From the IMG/VR virus record IMGVR_UViG_3300035101_000015, positions 32,001-96,000 of that record: a DNA stretch of 64,000 nt. The stretch is one strand, 5' to 3'. Source of the stretch: a virus (lineage: Duplodnaviria; Caudoviricetes). Below, piece by piece: positions 1 through 8,610 of the stretch. Each line of letters starts with the position of its first letter. Positions within the stretch are counted from its first letter, which is position 1. Under the pieces are notes generated by a model that did not search any database, had not been told where the DNA came from, and worked only from the letters and a program-made list of their open reading frames with translations. The position numbers and the translations under genes are program-made.

Positions 1-293
1 TTGAGCTCTACACCACGCTTCGTCTGCTTCATGTCGAGGAAGCCCCACTTCATCAGGAACTCCCCGTACAACTTCGAGGCAGCAGCGAAGACCTTGCGCA
101 GGTCGTTCAACATGAACTGGACCGCCTCATCACCGTCTGCGAAGTCATGCTGGAATGCGTAGCCCACCATCTGCTCTCGGCTACCCATCCACTTGCAGAC
201 CTGGCAGGTGGCCATGCCACCTACCAGGCCCGAGTACTCGATGCTCGCGGACCCACATTCGGGACAGAAGTAGGCTACGTCCTTCGTTGCCAC
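1..293 (-). CDS. Zinc-ribbon protein (partial, runs off window start)
   Basis: Not in the ORF track; translated by hand from GTG at 293 (GAGGTG upstream): MATKDVAYFCPECGSASIEYSGLVGGMATCQVCKW..., two CxxC pairs, open to position 1. Confidence 0.6.
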   Translation of the reverse strand, partial: MATKDVAYFCPECGSASIEYSGLVGGMATCQVCKWMGSREQMVGYAFQHDFADGDEAVQFMLNDLRKVFAAASKLYGEFLMKWGFLDMKQTKRGVEL

Positions 294-718
294 TGCTTCA
301 CCACCTCGTTGTGCCTCTCTGCCTGTTCCCTGCTAGCCATGCGTGCGAGCACGCGTTCTTTCATACGACTGCGCTTCGGACCGATGAGTGGGGTGACCTT
401 GAGCGGGCCCTCCGCAATCCACGAGCGAAGTGCGTCGTAGGCTTGTTCTGCCTGAGCCTTCTTCCGACCCTCGAGAGACGGGAAGGCAATCTTCATGTAG
501 TCCTCGAAGGCTTCGATGCCTGACTCCTGCTTCTCGGAGTTGCTGACGAGGATGATTTGAGCAAGCGCTCTGAACCTGGCGTGCTCGATGTCCTCCAGAC
601 GGTCGAGCAGCAGGATGAGCAGCCACTCCTGCAGAGACCCCGGTCGGGGCGGCGCTTGCAGGGTCCGCAGCAACAGATTCGCGCGGGCCCAGCCTGCAGG
701 AGTGTTCAGCCATTTTTT
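275..718 (-). CDS. Putative frameshift extension (GT-like part) of the upstream tail-assembly-chaperone-like ORF
   Basis: Protein-like frame (KKWLNTPAGWARANLLL...) lying in the -1 frame of ORF 706..1992; it is entered at the A-AAA-AAT heptamer at 718-712 and has no convincing start or RBS of its own. Confidence 0.6.
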   Translation of the reverse strand, partial: KKWLNTPAGWARANLLLRTLQAPPRPGSLQEWLLILLLDRLEDIEHARFRALAQIILVSNSEKQESGIEAFEDYMKIAFPSLEGRKKAQAEQAYDALRSWIAEGPLKVTPLIGPKRSRMKERVLARMASREQAERHNEVVKQWQRRT

Positions 719-1992
719 GCTCTCTCCGCGACGAGCAGCTTCCGCACACGCATCTCGAACCACGTGTGGTTGGCACCGATACTGGCGAGCACATGGATGC
801 CACGCTTCAGCACCCAGCCGAACTTCAACCAGAACTGGTCGTCGTCGAAGTCCCCCTTCTCGTTGTGGATGGCATGGGGAACTGGGTTGTTGTTGATGGC
901 AATGAGCCCCGCTGCCAGCGTCATGATGGCGAACTTGTCCAGGAGGTAGCGCTCGGTCACCTCGACGCTCTTGCTCTCCTCCATGAGCAGGCGCTTCAGT
1001 GCCAGGTCGTCATCCCCAGTCATGCTCTCGAACCGAATCTCGAACTTCCCTGGAATGACAGGCACCGTCTGACGCACGCGGTCGTGGATGATGAGGTCGG
1101 TGACATCGAGTGGGTCGAGTCTCTCCTCGATGATTTCACGCTGCTCCGGGTTGTTCAGCATGTCCTGGTTCATCTGCCGGCGCAGCGCGTCGTAGTCGAA
1201 GTCGTCGAGCTTGCTGATAGCCTCCTGGACTTCCTTCTGCTCTGCATCGGTGAGCTTCTTGCGGGGCTTGCCTGCATTCTGAGAAGCGCCTGCTGCAGAG
1301 TCCTGCACCTGCTGCTCCGCCTCCTCATCCGAGAGGGGCATCTCCTTCGGAGGGGGAGGAGAAGCCCCTGCAGCAGCCTGAAGGTCACGGATGGTGTCCT
1401 TCATGCTTCTTCGACCGGGCCCGCCGCCTCCGACGTTGGCCTGCAGGGCCTGAGGAGGAACGTGCATGCCGTTGCGAACCACCCCGTACTTCATCGCCAT
1501 GTCCGGTTGGTTGACGGCGAAGCGGTCACCCTGGCCACGACGGAAGGCTGGGTCCTGCGTAGCCTCGTCTGGCAGCATGTCCGTGGTCATTATGCCGAGC
1601 TGCGCAGGGGTCGGTGGTCGCTGCTGGGCGTTCGGGTCCATGGAGCCTAGGCTGAACGAGGTGGACCCTTCCACGATGGAGTCCTGCGCACCCGCCGCCA
1701 TGGCTGCCCGCTGCTCCGGTGACGGACCGTACATGGCAGCCTGCTGCTCCATGGTCATTCCCTCGTGCGCCTCGGCCTCGAGGGGAGGCATGGCAGGGGA
1801 TGGCCCTGGGCGCTCCGCCGTGTACTTCTGCAGGGGTACCTTCTTCTGCAATCGAGCTCGGGCACCCAGTGCATACGCCATCGCTTCGGGTGAGCCTGCT
1901 ATCGCAGGGTGAACGACAGGCTGTTGTGGTGTGGCCCCCTGCTGCACGTGGGCAGCGCTAGGGCTGAATGGGGTAGTCGGTTTTTCAGGCAT
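706..1992 (-). CDS. Putative tail assembly chaperone (G-like) with low-complexity N-terminus
   Basis: ATG at 1992 with GGAGG RBS; ends ...ERAKNG* immediately after a slippery heptamer, the lambda G/GT-type arrangement. The function is inferred. Confidence 0.55.
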   Translation of the reverse strand: MPEKPTTPFSPSAAHVQQGATPQQPVVHPAIAGSPEAMAYALGARARLQKKVPLQKYTAERPGPSPAMPPLEAEAHEGMTMEQQAAMYGPSPEQRAAMAAGAQDSIVEGSTSFSLGSMDPNAQQRPPTPAQLGIMTTDMLPDEATQDPAFRRGQGDRFAVNQPDMAMKYGVVRNGMHVPPQALQANVGGGGPGRRSMKDTIRDLQAAAGASPPPPKEMPLSDEEAEQQVQDSAAGASQNAGKPRKKLTDAEQKEVQEAISKLDDFDYDALRRQMNQDMLNNPEQREIIEERLDPLDVTDLIIHDRVRQTVPVIPGKFEIRFESMTGDDDLALKRLLMEESKSVEVTERYLLDKFAIMTLAAGLIAINNNPVPHAIHNEKGDFDDDQFWLKFGWVLKRGIHVLASIGANHTWFEMRVRKLLVAERAKNG

Positions 1993-2003
1993 GGGCCTCC
2001 AGC

Positions 2004-2022
2004 CGGTGTACAGTGTACACCG
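2004..2022. promoter_or_regulatory. 19-bp palindrome (candidate operator) upstream of the 1992 gene
   Basis: CGGTGTACA-G-TGTACACCG perfect inverted repeat in an intergenic gap; it contains TACACT on the minus strand, and TTGACA lies at 2054-2049 (-). Confidence 0.45.
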
Positions 2023-2067
2023 CATTGGTAGCTAGAAACAATAGGCCCTGTCAACCCAGACGTGAGC

Positions 2068-2598
2068 TCACGTCTTGGGCCGGGGCTGCAATGAGTGAAT
2101 GAGCTCGAAGAAATCCCTTCGAGAAAGTTGTCCTTCGGCCGACAAAAGCTCAGCCAAAACGAGGTCTTTCACCGCAGGCACCGGGTCGTAGACGGGCGCA
2201 GTCTTTCCACTGAGGATGGTGTAGCGAATGCCAACCACCTGCTGAAGTGTACCACCCTGCAGTAGTTTGAAGGCTGGGGCGCGGCTCCACACCAGCTTCT
2301 CTATGCTCCACATCAGCCAGATGGCCTTCGGGTGAGAATGCTGCTCGAGCTCCCACTTCCCGTAGCAAGTAGCGACTACCTCGTCGCAGTTGTACAGACG
2401 GACTACTCCGTCGGTACCTGCCAGAAGCCTTTGGGGGATTGCGCTTCCTGCGGTGCCGGGGCCTTGGTGACTATCAAGCTGTGCCTCTTGCACTTCAAGC
2501 ATTGTCCTACTTGTCCGTTGCTGGGGTCTCTGTAGACGGAGTCTCCAGGCTTGAGCCTGGCGCCGGCGATGAGGTCGAGCTTGGCTTTCCATCCACAT
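2068..2598 (-). CDS. Hypothetical protein (true start probably near 2406)
   Basis: The C-terminal ~110 aa look protein-like; the N-terminal part overlaps the adjacent gene. Confidence 0.4.
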   Translation of the reverse strand: MWMESQARPHRRRQAQAWRLRLQRPQQRTSRTMLEVQEAQLDSHQGPGTAGSAIPQRLLAGTDGVVRLYNCDEVVATCYGKWELEQHSHPKAIWLMWSIEKLVWSRAPAFKLLQGGTLQQVVGIRYTILSGKTAPVYDPVPAVKDLVLAELLSAEGQLSRRDFFELIHSLQPRPKT

Positions 2599-2669
2599 CC
2601 GGGATGGCTGCAGGCGACCTCGTACTCGGCTTCTCCGATGACCTTGTACTTGCTGACGTGGTAGGGCAC
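2403..2669 (-). CDS. Small zinc-ribbon protein
   Basis: CSHPGC and CLKC motifs; tightly packed in a minus-strand operon. Confidence 0.6.
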   Translation of the reverse strand: MPYHVSKYKVIGEAEYEVACSHPGCGWKAKLDLIAGARLKPGDSVYRDPSNGQVGQCLKCKRHSLIVTKAPAPQEAQSPKGFWQVPTE

Positions 2670-2962
2670 TCTGGATTCTCCCGGTTCTTCATCATCTCCA
2701 TGATGAGCTCGATGGTGCGCTTCTGATGAACCTGTCCATCCCCAGCATCCTCTGTGGCAGGAACGAAGCTGAGCTGGTGCTTAACGATAGCGAGTCGGAT
2801 GAGCTCCTTCAGCGTGACCAGTAGCTGGTTCAGCTCATTGTGGGCTTGCTGGAAGGTGCGCTCGGCAATGGTGTAGCAGTCACCGCAGACGAAGCACTCG
2901 GCGAAGAGCTTACCCTCATCCTGAGGGACATCCTTCCCACAGTTCAGGCAGGGCAGGCCCAT
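2507..2962 (-). CDS. Zinc-finger protein
   Basis: MGLPCLNCG...FVCGDC followed by a helical segment. Confidence 0.6.
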   Translation of the reverse strand: MGLPCLNCGKDVPQDEGKLFAECFVCGDCYTIAERTFQQAHNELNQLLVTLKELIRLAIVKHQLSFVPATEDAGDGQVHQKRTIELIMEMMKNRENPECPTTSASTRSSEKPSTRSPAAIPDVDGKPSSTSSPAPGSSLETPSTETPATDK

Positions 2963-3261
2963 AGAATCTCTCCGTCCCAACCCGGCTCGTCGGTCTTCAC
3001 CTCGATGGTCTTGATGATGCGGAAGGGCAGGCTCAGCACCGCCATGCTCGCATTCATCATCATGAGCGAGGGCATGTCCTCCTTGATGCGCCCGCTCTCA
3101 GGCAGCACGCGCTTGAGCTCGTCCACCACCATGTCTGGGAAGACGTACTCCGCACCCATCTTCGTCTCCACGTGGACGGTACCGCGCTTGCCTTGCAGAC
3201 CAATGGCGACCCCGTCAGGGTCGACCCTAGGTGAAGTAGTCGTCGAGGGGGGTCCAGCCAT
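2944..3261 (-). CDS. Hypothetical protein
   Basis: Compact ORF overlapping its neighbours in an operon-like arrangement. Confidence 0.55.
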   Translation of the reverse strand: MAGPPSTTTSPRVDPDGVAIGLQGKRGTVHVETKMGAEYVFPDMVVDELKRVLPESGRIKEDMPSLMMMNASMAVLSLPFRIIKTIEVKTDEPGWDGEILWACPA

Positions 3262-3625
3262 ACATCGCTCCCGGGTCCGAGGTCACCATCTCACTGGTGG
3301 GGTTCGTAGCATTCTGGCGAAGTACATCTCTCACGTCCGCCTCCGCTACTTTACGACCGATGAGCTCGATGTAAACCCTCATCTTCGGGGGCCACTCCTC
3401 CGGGAACCTGGTTCCGGCAGGAAGTGGTTCATCTAGCTCCTGCCATTGAACCCAAACGGCATCACGCTCGACACCGTTGTTCTTTTCGATGCTACGAAGA
3501 AAGGCGTCGAGGCGGACGGCCAGGTCGTGGTCGACCTGCCCGGCGTCGTTCTTCGTTCCCTCGCGCGCCAGCGCGATGAGAGCCTCGTATTCCTCCTGGG
3601 TGAGCGTGAACTGGAGCTGGGCCAT
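3227..3625 (-). CDS. Hypothetical protein
   Basis: 132-aa ORF with globular composition; TGGTAGCAT (extended -10-like) just upstream. Confidence 0.6.
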   Translation of the reverse strand: MAQLQFTLTQEEYEALIALAREGTKNDAGQVDHDLAVRLDAFLRSIEKNNGVERDAVWVQWQELDEPLPAGTRFPEEWPPKMRVYIELIGRKVAEADVRDVLRQNATNPTSEMVTSDPGAMYGWTPLDDYFT

Positions 3626-3644
3626 GCCCAGATGCTACCACGTT

Positions 3645-4388
3645 CTACCGCTCAGGTACGCACTGCGGGCGACCCTCCAGGATAGGCAGCATGAGGTAGC
3701 TGATGCGGTCCACCAGCTCCTCCAGGCCACCATCGTTGTGCAGGATGTAGTCGAACTGGTCATCCTCAAGCAGTAGCTGCTCAGTCTCACTGGGGTGGTT
3801 CCATTGTGGATTCTCGTACCCCGGGCGCTTGATGCGAACTACCTTCCCTCCAGCGGCCTTGATAGCCGTCCACTCGTTGATGAAGCGGACATCCGGGATG
3901 ACCACACCATTCACCCTCTTCGCTCCTGTAGAGACGACCGGAGGATGGAGACCTCGCACAGGGGAGTAGCTTCCAGCACTGAGGCTCAACACCAGCTTGG
4001 ACATACGGATGGTGTAGGCCGACCAAGCTGAGTCGTAGCAGCCTCGTCCCCACTCTGTCCCCAACGTCTGCATGGCATATCGTGGAGTGAGGAAGCACTG
4101 CTCTGCCTCACTGAGAGGTGTAGCAGGTCCTGGCTTGAACCCGCAGCAGACGCACTTCGCTCCATCGAACTCCTGACCGAAACCCCATGTGTGTCCACGC
4201 GGGTATCGCTTGTCGGGTACCTCCTTCAGGTTTCCCCAGAGCTGTTCGGTGGTGAAGTCGAAGACGTCCATGCAGATGCGCTTGATGGGGTCTCCAAATG
4301 CCACCTCGGTGAACTCGTGCCTCTCCGATAGCACTTTGGCTGCAGAGCTCTTGCCACTCTTCGCCAGCCCACAGATGCCGAGAATCAT
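3645..4388 (-). CDS. Deoxynucleoside monophosphate kinase (T4 gp1-like)
   Basis: Walker A GLAKSGKS, F(G)DPIK, TPRYAMQTLGTEWGR, DVRFINE and HPSE motifs typical of phage dNMP kinases. Confidence 0.9.
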   Translation of the reverse strand: MILGICGLAKSGKSSAAKVLSERHEFTEVAFGDPIKRICMDVFDFTTEQLWGNLKEVPDKRYPRGHTWGFGQEFDGAKCVCCGFKPGPATPLSEAEQCFLTPRYAMQTLGTEWGRGCYDSAWSAYTIRMSKLVLSLSAGSYSPVRGLHPPVVSTGAKRVNGVVIPDVRFINEWTAIKAAGGKVVRIKRPGYENPQWNHPSETEQLLLEDDQFDYILHNDGGLEELVDRISYLMLPILEGRPQCVPER

Positions 4389-4777
4389 CGAACTCCTTCC
4401 CACTCTGGATGCTTGCACTCCATGTGCGATGCGAGCTGCTTGAAGTAGCGCTTGCAACACGGGCAGACCCCAGCCTTCACCCGCTTGGACTGAGCCTTCA
4501 GCTTCCCCTTGGCGATGGCTTCAGCGTGGCGAGCCTTCCGCTCTCCCTCTTCTGCCCACTCCTTCTTCTTGAGGGCTTGGTCCCGCTCTCGGGTTAGGCG
4601 GTCTACCGCGCTCTCACCGATGCTGAGCCGGTGTCCTCTCGGACAGAAGAACGTGGTGCCATGTTCACAGCACGCTTGGTAGAACGCCTGTGGCACAGCG
4701 AACTGAATCCCGCAGCCATCCTTCGCCCAGCAGGTGAGCGTGGTAAGCGGCTGTGTTAGATGAACAACTTGTCCCAT
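4385..4777 (-). CDS. Zinc-finger / coiled-coil protein
   Basis: FFCPRGH, a coiled coil, and C-terminal CPCC...LASHMECKH. Confidence 0.65.
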   Translation of the reverse strand: MGQVVHLTQPLTTLTCWAKDGCGIQFAVPQAFYQACCEHGTTFFCPRGHRLSIGESAVDRLTRERDQALKKKEWAEEGERKARHAEAIAKGKLKAQSKRVKAGVCPCCKRYFKQLASHMECKHPEWEGVR

Positions 4778-4931
4778 CACTTCAACTCCTGATAGATGAG
4801 CCACCCGATGGTGGCAACGACCGTAGCTCCAGACAGGTAGAACAGGCCCAGCATCACATTGGCGAAGGCGCTGGTGCGTGCACGCCACGCCTCCGCTCGT
4901 TCCCTCATCGCACGGGCCTTGTCTACCTCAC

Positions 4932-5426
4932 TCACAGTAGCCCCTTCATCAACTCCTGGTAATCGAAATCCTCTCCCAGGGCCTGGTCGATGTAGACCTG
5001 GACATCATCCCAGTTCACACACGCGTTCTCGTAGAAGTTCCCGTGGGCGGGCATGGTCATCTGCCGACGAAGGAACAAGTACCCCGTCTCCGTCACTCGC
5101 CAGTAGCCCTGGGAGTTCTCGGTCAGCGTACGCTTGTCCTTGGGAGCAATGAGTCCCCAGTGACGCATCATCGTCCAGTCTCGGTGCTTCTGCACCCCAC
5201 GCCCGAATACCTCGTCGATGTGTACCCAGGACCCATCGGGGCGCCCCAGCTTCCGGCACACGCGTGCCATCTCGATGAGCACACGGCACTGCCCAGCATT
5301 GAGGGAGCGCCAGTAGACCACCGCATCTCGGTCGCAGCAGGGGCACTGCACAGCATACGTCTTCTTCCTGAAGCTGTTGAGCTCTTGGAAGAAGGACTGC
5401 CGGTCAGGTACTTTGATGCTTGGCAC
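4932..5426 (-). CDS. Hypothetical protein (CPCC motif, possible winged helix)
   Basis: CPCCDR; WGLI...GYWRVTETG resembles a wHTH wing. Confidence 0.6.
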   Translation of the reverse strand: MPSIKVPDRQSFFQELNSFRKKTYAVQCPCCDRDAVVYWRSLNAGQCRVLIEMARVCRKLGRPDGSWVHIDEVFGRGVQKHRDWTMMRHWGLIAPKDKRTLTENSQGYWRVTETGYLFLRRQMTMPAHGNFYENACVNWDDVQVYIDQALGEDFDYQELMKGLL

Positions 5427-5575
5427 CCTCGAGTTCCTTCCATAGCTTGGCCGCAGCCTCGCTGTTGCTCACCCCAAGCTGCACGCTTCGCTTGAGGATG
5501 ACCGTCTTGCTGGCCCGCACCCACTGCAGGCACTTCTGAAATGGCCAGTTGCTCACTCGTTGAACCGCCCTGGCC

Positions 5576-6013
5576 CTACTCTTGTCGCTCATCCACATCC
5601 TCCAGGGGTAGCTGCGCATACTGAATGCCAGCACTTGCAAGGACTACCAGGCCCTCCCGATTCCTGTAGTCGTGGCAGTAGTACACCGTCTGCACACCAC
5701 CCAGGTTCACCAGTCGCTTCGCGCACATCTTGCAGGGCAGGTGGGTACAGAACACAATCTTCTTCCACTGCCGGGGAGAGTCACAGTTGATGACTGCGTT
5801 CTCCTCAGCATGAAGGCAACCGCACTTGCCTACCTCCTCACTATCACAAGCGTTGGGCAGGCCACTGGCATTGCCGTTGTATCCCATCGCCAGAATCTTT
5901 CGATAGTCGGAGCTGGCGATGACACAACCAACCTGCAGCCTGGCACACGTCGAGCGGTGCCTCAGCAGGAGAGCCATCCGCATGTGAATCTCCTCGAAAC
6001 TGGGTCTGGTCAA
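5576..6013 (-). CDS. dCMP deaminase / ComEB-family deaminase
   Basis: RSTC..QVGCVI, GYNG, HAEENA and PCKMC zinc-binding motifs. Confidence 0.92.
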   Translation of the reverse strand: MTRPSFEEIHMRMALLLRHRSTCARLQVGCVIASSDYRKILAMGYNGNASGLPNACDSEEVGKCGCLHAEENAVINCDSPRQWKKIVFCTHLPCKMCAKRLVNLGGVQTVYYCHDYRNREGLVVLASAGIQYAQLPLEDVDERQE

Positions 6014-6216
6014 TTTGGCTTCTCCTTCTCGAACGCAACCAGGAACATCCGCCTGATGGTGTCATCATCGAAGTCGTCGATGCTCTCCAGCATAGCCAAC
6101 TCGAGGTCTTCCCTATTGTTCTCAATGTCCAGGCTCTTGCGCACTGCCTCGAATCGCCTCAGCTCTTCCTGCGACAGTTTCATTTGCTCACCTTCAATCC
6201 CTGAAGCTGCTGACAC
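6010..6216 (-). CDS. Small acidic hypothetical protein
   Basis: Short ORF overlapping its neighbours. Confidence 0.5.
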   Translation of the reverse strand: MSAASGIEGEQMKLSQEELRRFEAVRKSLDIENNREDLELAMLESIDDFDDDTIRRMFLVAFEKEKPN

Positions 6217-6644
6217 ACCAGACGCTCAACGACCTCGCCCAGGTCTGACCCGTAGAGTCCAGTCTCAAGAAGCCCACGCAAGCGTTTGTGAACGACTGGA
6301 GAGAAGCCAGCGCACACCACTTCAACCTTGCCGGTCGCGTTGTGTATCTTGCGAATCTCGGAGACGGTTTCCTTCACCGTCTTTGCCAGCTCCACATCGT
6401 CCACCAAGCGCTTCTTCAGCTTGGGGATGGAACTTATCGGAGTGGTGTGGTCTCGGTTCACAGCCATACCTATCTCTGGGTAGCTGTAGTCAAACTCCTC
6501 ACGCAGGATGTAGTAAACCACCTGCCTGGCTAGAGTACGCGTCTTGGTGCGGGACTCACCCAACACCGACATCTTGGCTACGCCGAACTTCCTACAGACT
6601 ACATCCAACACGATGTTCGGCAGCGATTCAAACGCCTCTGGCAT
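6180..6644 (-). CDS. DnaA C-terminal (domain IV)-like helix-turn-helix protein
   Basis: ARQVVYYILRE...SYPEIG...NRDHTT matches the DnaA-box-binding signature; no AAA+ domain is present. Confidence 0.8.
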   Translation of the reverse strand: MPEAFESLPNIVLDVVCRKFGVAKMSVLGESRTKTRTLARQVVYYILREEFDYSYPEIGMAVNRDHTTPISSIPKLKKRLVDDVELAKTVKETVSEIRKIHNATGKVEVVCAGFSPVVHKRLRGLLETGLYGSDLGEVVERLVCQQLQGLKVSK

Positions 6645-6945
6645 GCAACACGCTCCTGATGAAGTCGTCCCTGAAGCGACACACACGCATGTGCGGTCGC
6701 TGTTGTAGTGGCGGGGACGTACACCACCTTCCCATCACGTAGCGGCGGTCGAACACCTTCCTGTGCTCTCCACCATCCCACTTTCCAACGAGTGCGAACT
6801 CGCTGCCCGGCAGGTCCTCCACCTCGAGCGTGGTGAGATGGGCCAGCCGGCGAATGTATGCGTCCCACCTGAGTAGGTCGCGCCTGAACTTCACCATGAC
6901 CTTGTTCATGACAAGGACGAACGCCCGCAATGCCTGTAACGGCAT
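6628..6945 (-). CDS. Hypothetical protein
   Basis: The C-terminal part of the listed ORF is protein-like; the start is uncertain. Confidence 0.4.
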   Translation of the reverse strand: MPLQALRAFVLVMNKVMVKFRRDLLRWDAYIRRLAHLTTLEVEDLPGSEFALVGKWDGGEHRKVFDRRYVMGRWCTSPPLQQRPHMRVCRFRDDFIRSVLHARGV

Positions 6946-6977
6946 GCGGGCGCTGGAGCTAGGGTTGAGGTTGTAGG

Positions 6978-7754
6978 TCAGCCACTGGTCGTAGGTGGTA
7001 CGACCGGCGGGGGCGTGACTGCAGGAGGTGTTGGTGCAGCAGTGGGAGGCTGAGGTGCCTGTGCCACCTGCCCAGAGCCGTTGCCCGGCACCACAGGAGG
7101 AGTCGTCCCTGGTACTACTGCAGTCGGTGCGGCCCTGCTGAAGAGCTCGGCACCACGGCGCTCTGCATCCGTCAGCGGCTGTACGATGTCCGTCTGCATC
7201 CTCTCGATGAGCTGGGTGACGCCGGCGGCAGCACTCTTCAGGCCAGCTTCCACACTGGTCTGCTCGGTCTGACACTTCTTCAGAACATCCACCGCCTCGG
7301 CGTATGCCTGTACAGCGTTCCGAGTGCTCTCGATGCGAGCATCGACGTCAACTCCTGGTTGCTTCCCAGCCTTGGGTTGCTTTTTTGGAGCAGGCTTCTT
7401 GGGAGCTGCGGCCTTGGTCTTCTTGGCAGCCTTCTTCTTGCGCCCACGCCCTGGGCCAGGACCAGCAGGCTTCTTGGCAGCCTTCTTGGCAGCCTTCTTG
7501 GCGGTCTTCGCCGCCGCCTTCTTGGCAGCCTTCTTCGCAGCTTTCTTGGCAGCCTTCTTCTTGGTCTTCTTCTTCGGAGCGGGGGTCTCCTCACCGAAGT
7601 GCTTGGCAGCGGAGGCACGTGCGCGGTCGCGCTCGGACTCCGTCCACTCCTGCATCTTGCCGATGGCGCGTCGGGCGCCAGTCAGCGATTCGTACTCGCC
7701 GTTCTTCAGCTTCTTACGGAAGTCGGCGGGACTCAGCTTCGTATAGGTAGGCAT
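6978..7754 (-). CDS. Histone H1-like Lys/Ala-rich DNA-binding protein
   Basis: KKAA tandem repeats (KKAAKKAAKKAAKK...); ATG at 7754 with GAGGA RBS. Confidence 0.75.
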   Translation of the reverse strand: MPTYTKLSPADFRKKLKNGEYESLTGARRAIGKMQEWTESERDRARASAAKHFGEETPAPKKKTKKKAAKKAAKKAAKKAAAKTAKKAAKKAAKKPAGPGPGRGRKKKAAKKTKAAAPKKPAPKKQPKAGKQPGVDVDARIESTRNAVQAYAEAVDVLKKCQTEQTSVEAGLKSAAAGVTQLIERMQTDIVQPLTDAERRGAELFSRAAPTAVVPGTTPPVVPGNGSGQVAQAPQPPTAAPTPPAVTPPPVVPPTTSG

Positions 7755-7890
7755 CGATGTTCCTCTCTGATGAATCCTCGTCGGCCCGAGGGCAACTTCC
7801 CCAGCTATATGCCAGTCGGCCGGACTGTTCAAGCCAGTTGTTGTACCCCTCCTCTTTTACCCGATGAGCCCTCGTTGTACCATGTAGTTC

Positions 7891-8610
7891 ATGCCTCTAG
7901 GAATCACAGGACACAAGCGAATTGACCTGCTGAAGCTCGGCAACCGGAGTATCAACCTCTGGGAGTACGACGAGGACATCCAGCGGGAGTACATCCAGAC
8001 CATTGCCCACATGTGCAAGCACGCCAAGGTGGGCGACCCCATCTTCACCGACATCTGCCAGGGCCGTGCCAAGTGGGCCAAGAAGGCTAATGCCCTGTTC
8101 AGTACGTGCGGTGAGTTCGCCCAGTACCTAATCTTCCGAGCTGGCTACCGAGGCCCCATCCTCAACCGCACGGTGAAGGAGGTCAACTTCAAGAAGAAGT
8201 GGGTCGTGGGGAAGAACATCACCTACATCGTCTCGCGCGGGCGCAAGGCGGGTGCGTTCATCGAGTACCAGCTCTCCAAGAACAAGGGCAAGCGACCCGA
8301 CATTGGAGACATCATCTACGTCTCCAACGGGCCGCCCCGTACCGAACACGTCTTCTACTTCGACGGCATCGACTGGGGCCCCAACGGCGAGGAGCTCTGG
8401 GTCACCATCGACGGTGGACAGGGCGGCCGTCAGAACCAGCACATCAAGGAAGGCGTCAAGGTCTTCAACGAGAAGACCGGGCGCGCCGGCTCTTGGGACG
8501 TCGACAAGGAACGTCCCAAGGGCAAGGGGCGCAAAGTGGTGGGGTGGCTCAACCCCATCCTGCTTCCGTTCACCGCGCCGGCGAACCTACGGATGCCGTC
8601 TGCTGATTAG
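7891..8610 (+). CDS. Putative Cys/His peptidoglycan hydrolase (CHAP/NlpC-like), candidate endolysin
   Basis: STCGEF, PDIGDIIY, EHV and TIDGGQG spacing resembles the CHAP/NlpC catalytic pattern; lone plus-strand gene. Confidence 0.5.
   Translation: MPLGITGHKRIDLLKLGNRSINLWEYDEDIQREYIQTIAHMCKHAKVGDPIFTDICQGRAKWAKKANALFSTCGEFAQYLIFRAGYRGPILNRTVKEVNFKKKWVVGKNITYIVSRGRKAGAFIEYQLSKNKGKRPDIGDIIYVSNGPPRTEHVFYFDGIDWGPNGEELWVTIDGGQGGRQNQHIKEGVKVFNEKTGRAGSWDVDKERPKGKGRKVVGWLNPILLPFTAPANLRMPSAD

Noticed and set aside
7420-7575. Tandem 12-bp DNA repeats (CTTCTTGGCAGC)
   Set aside because: Explained by KKAA codons of the H1-like protein.
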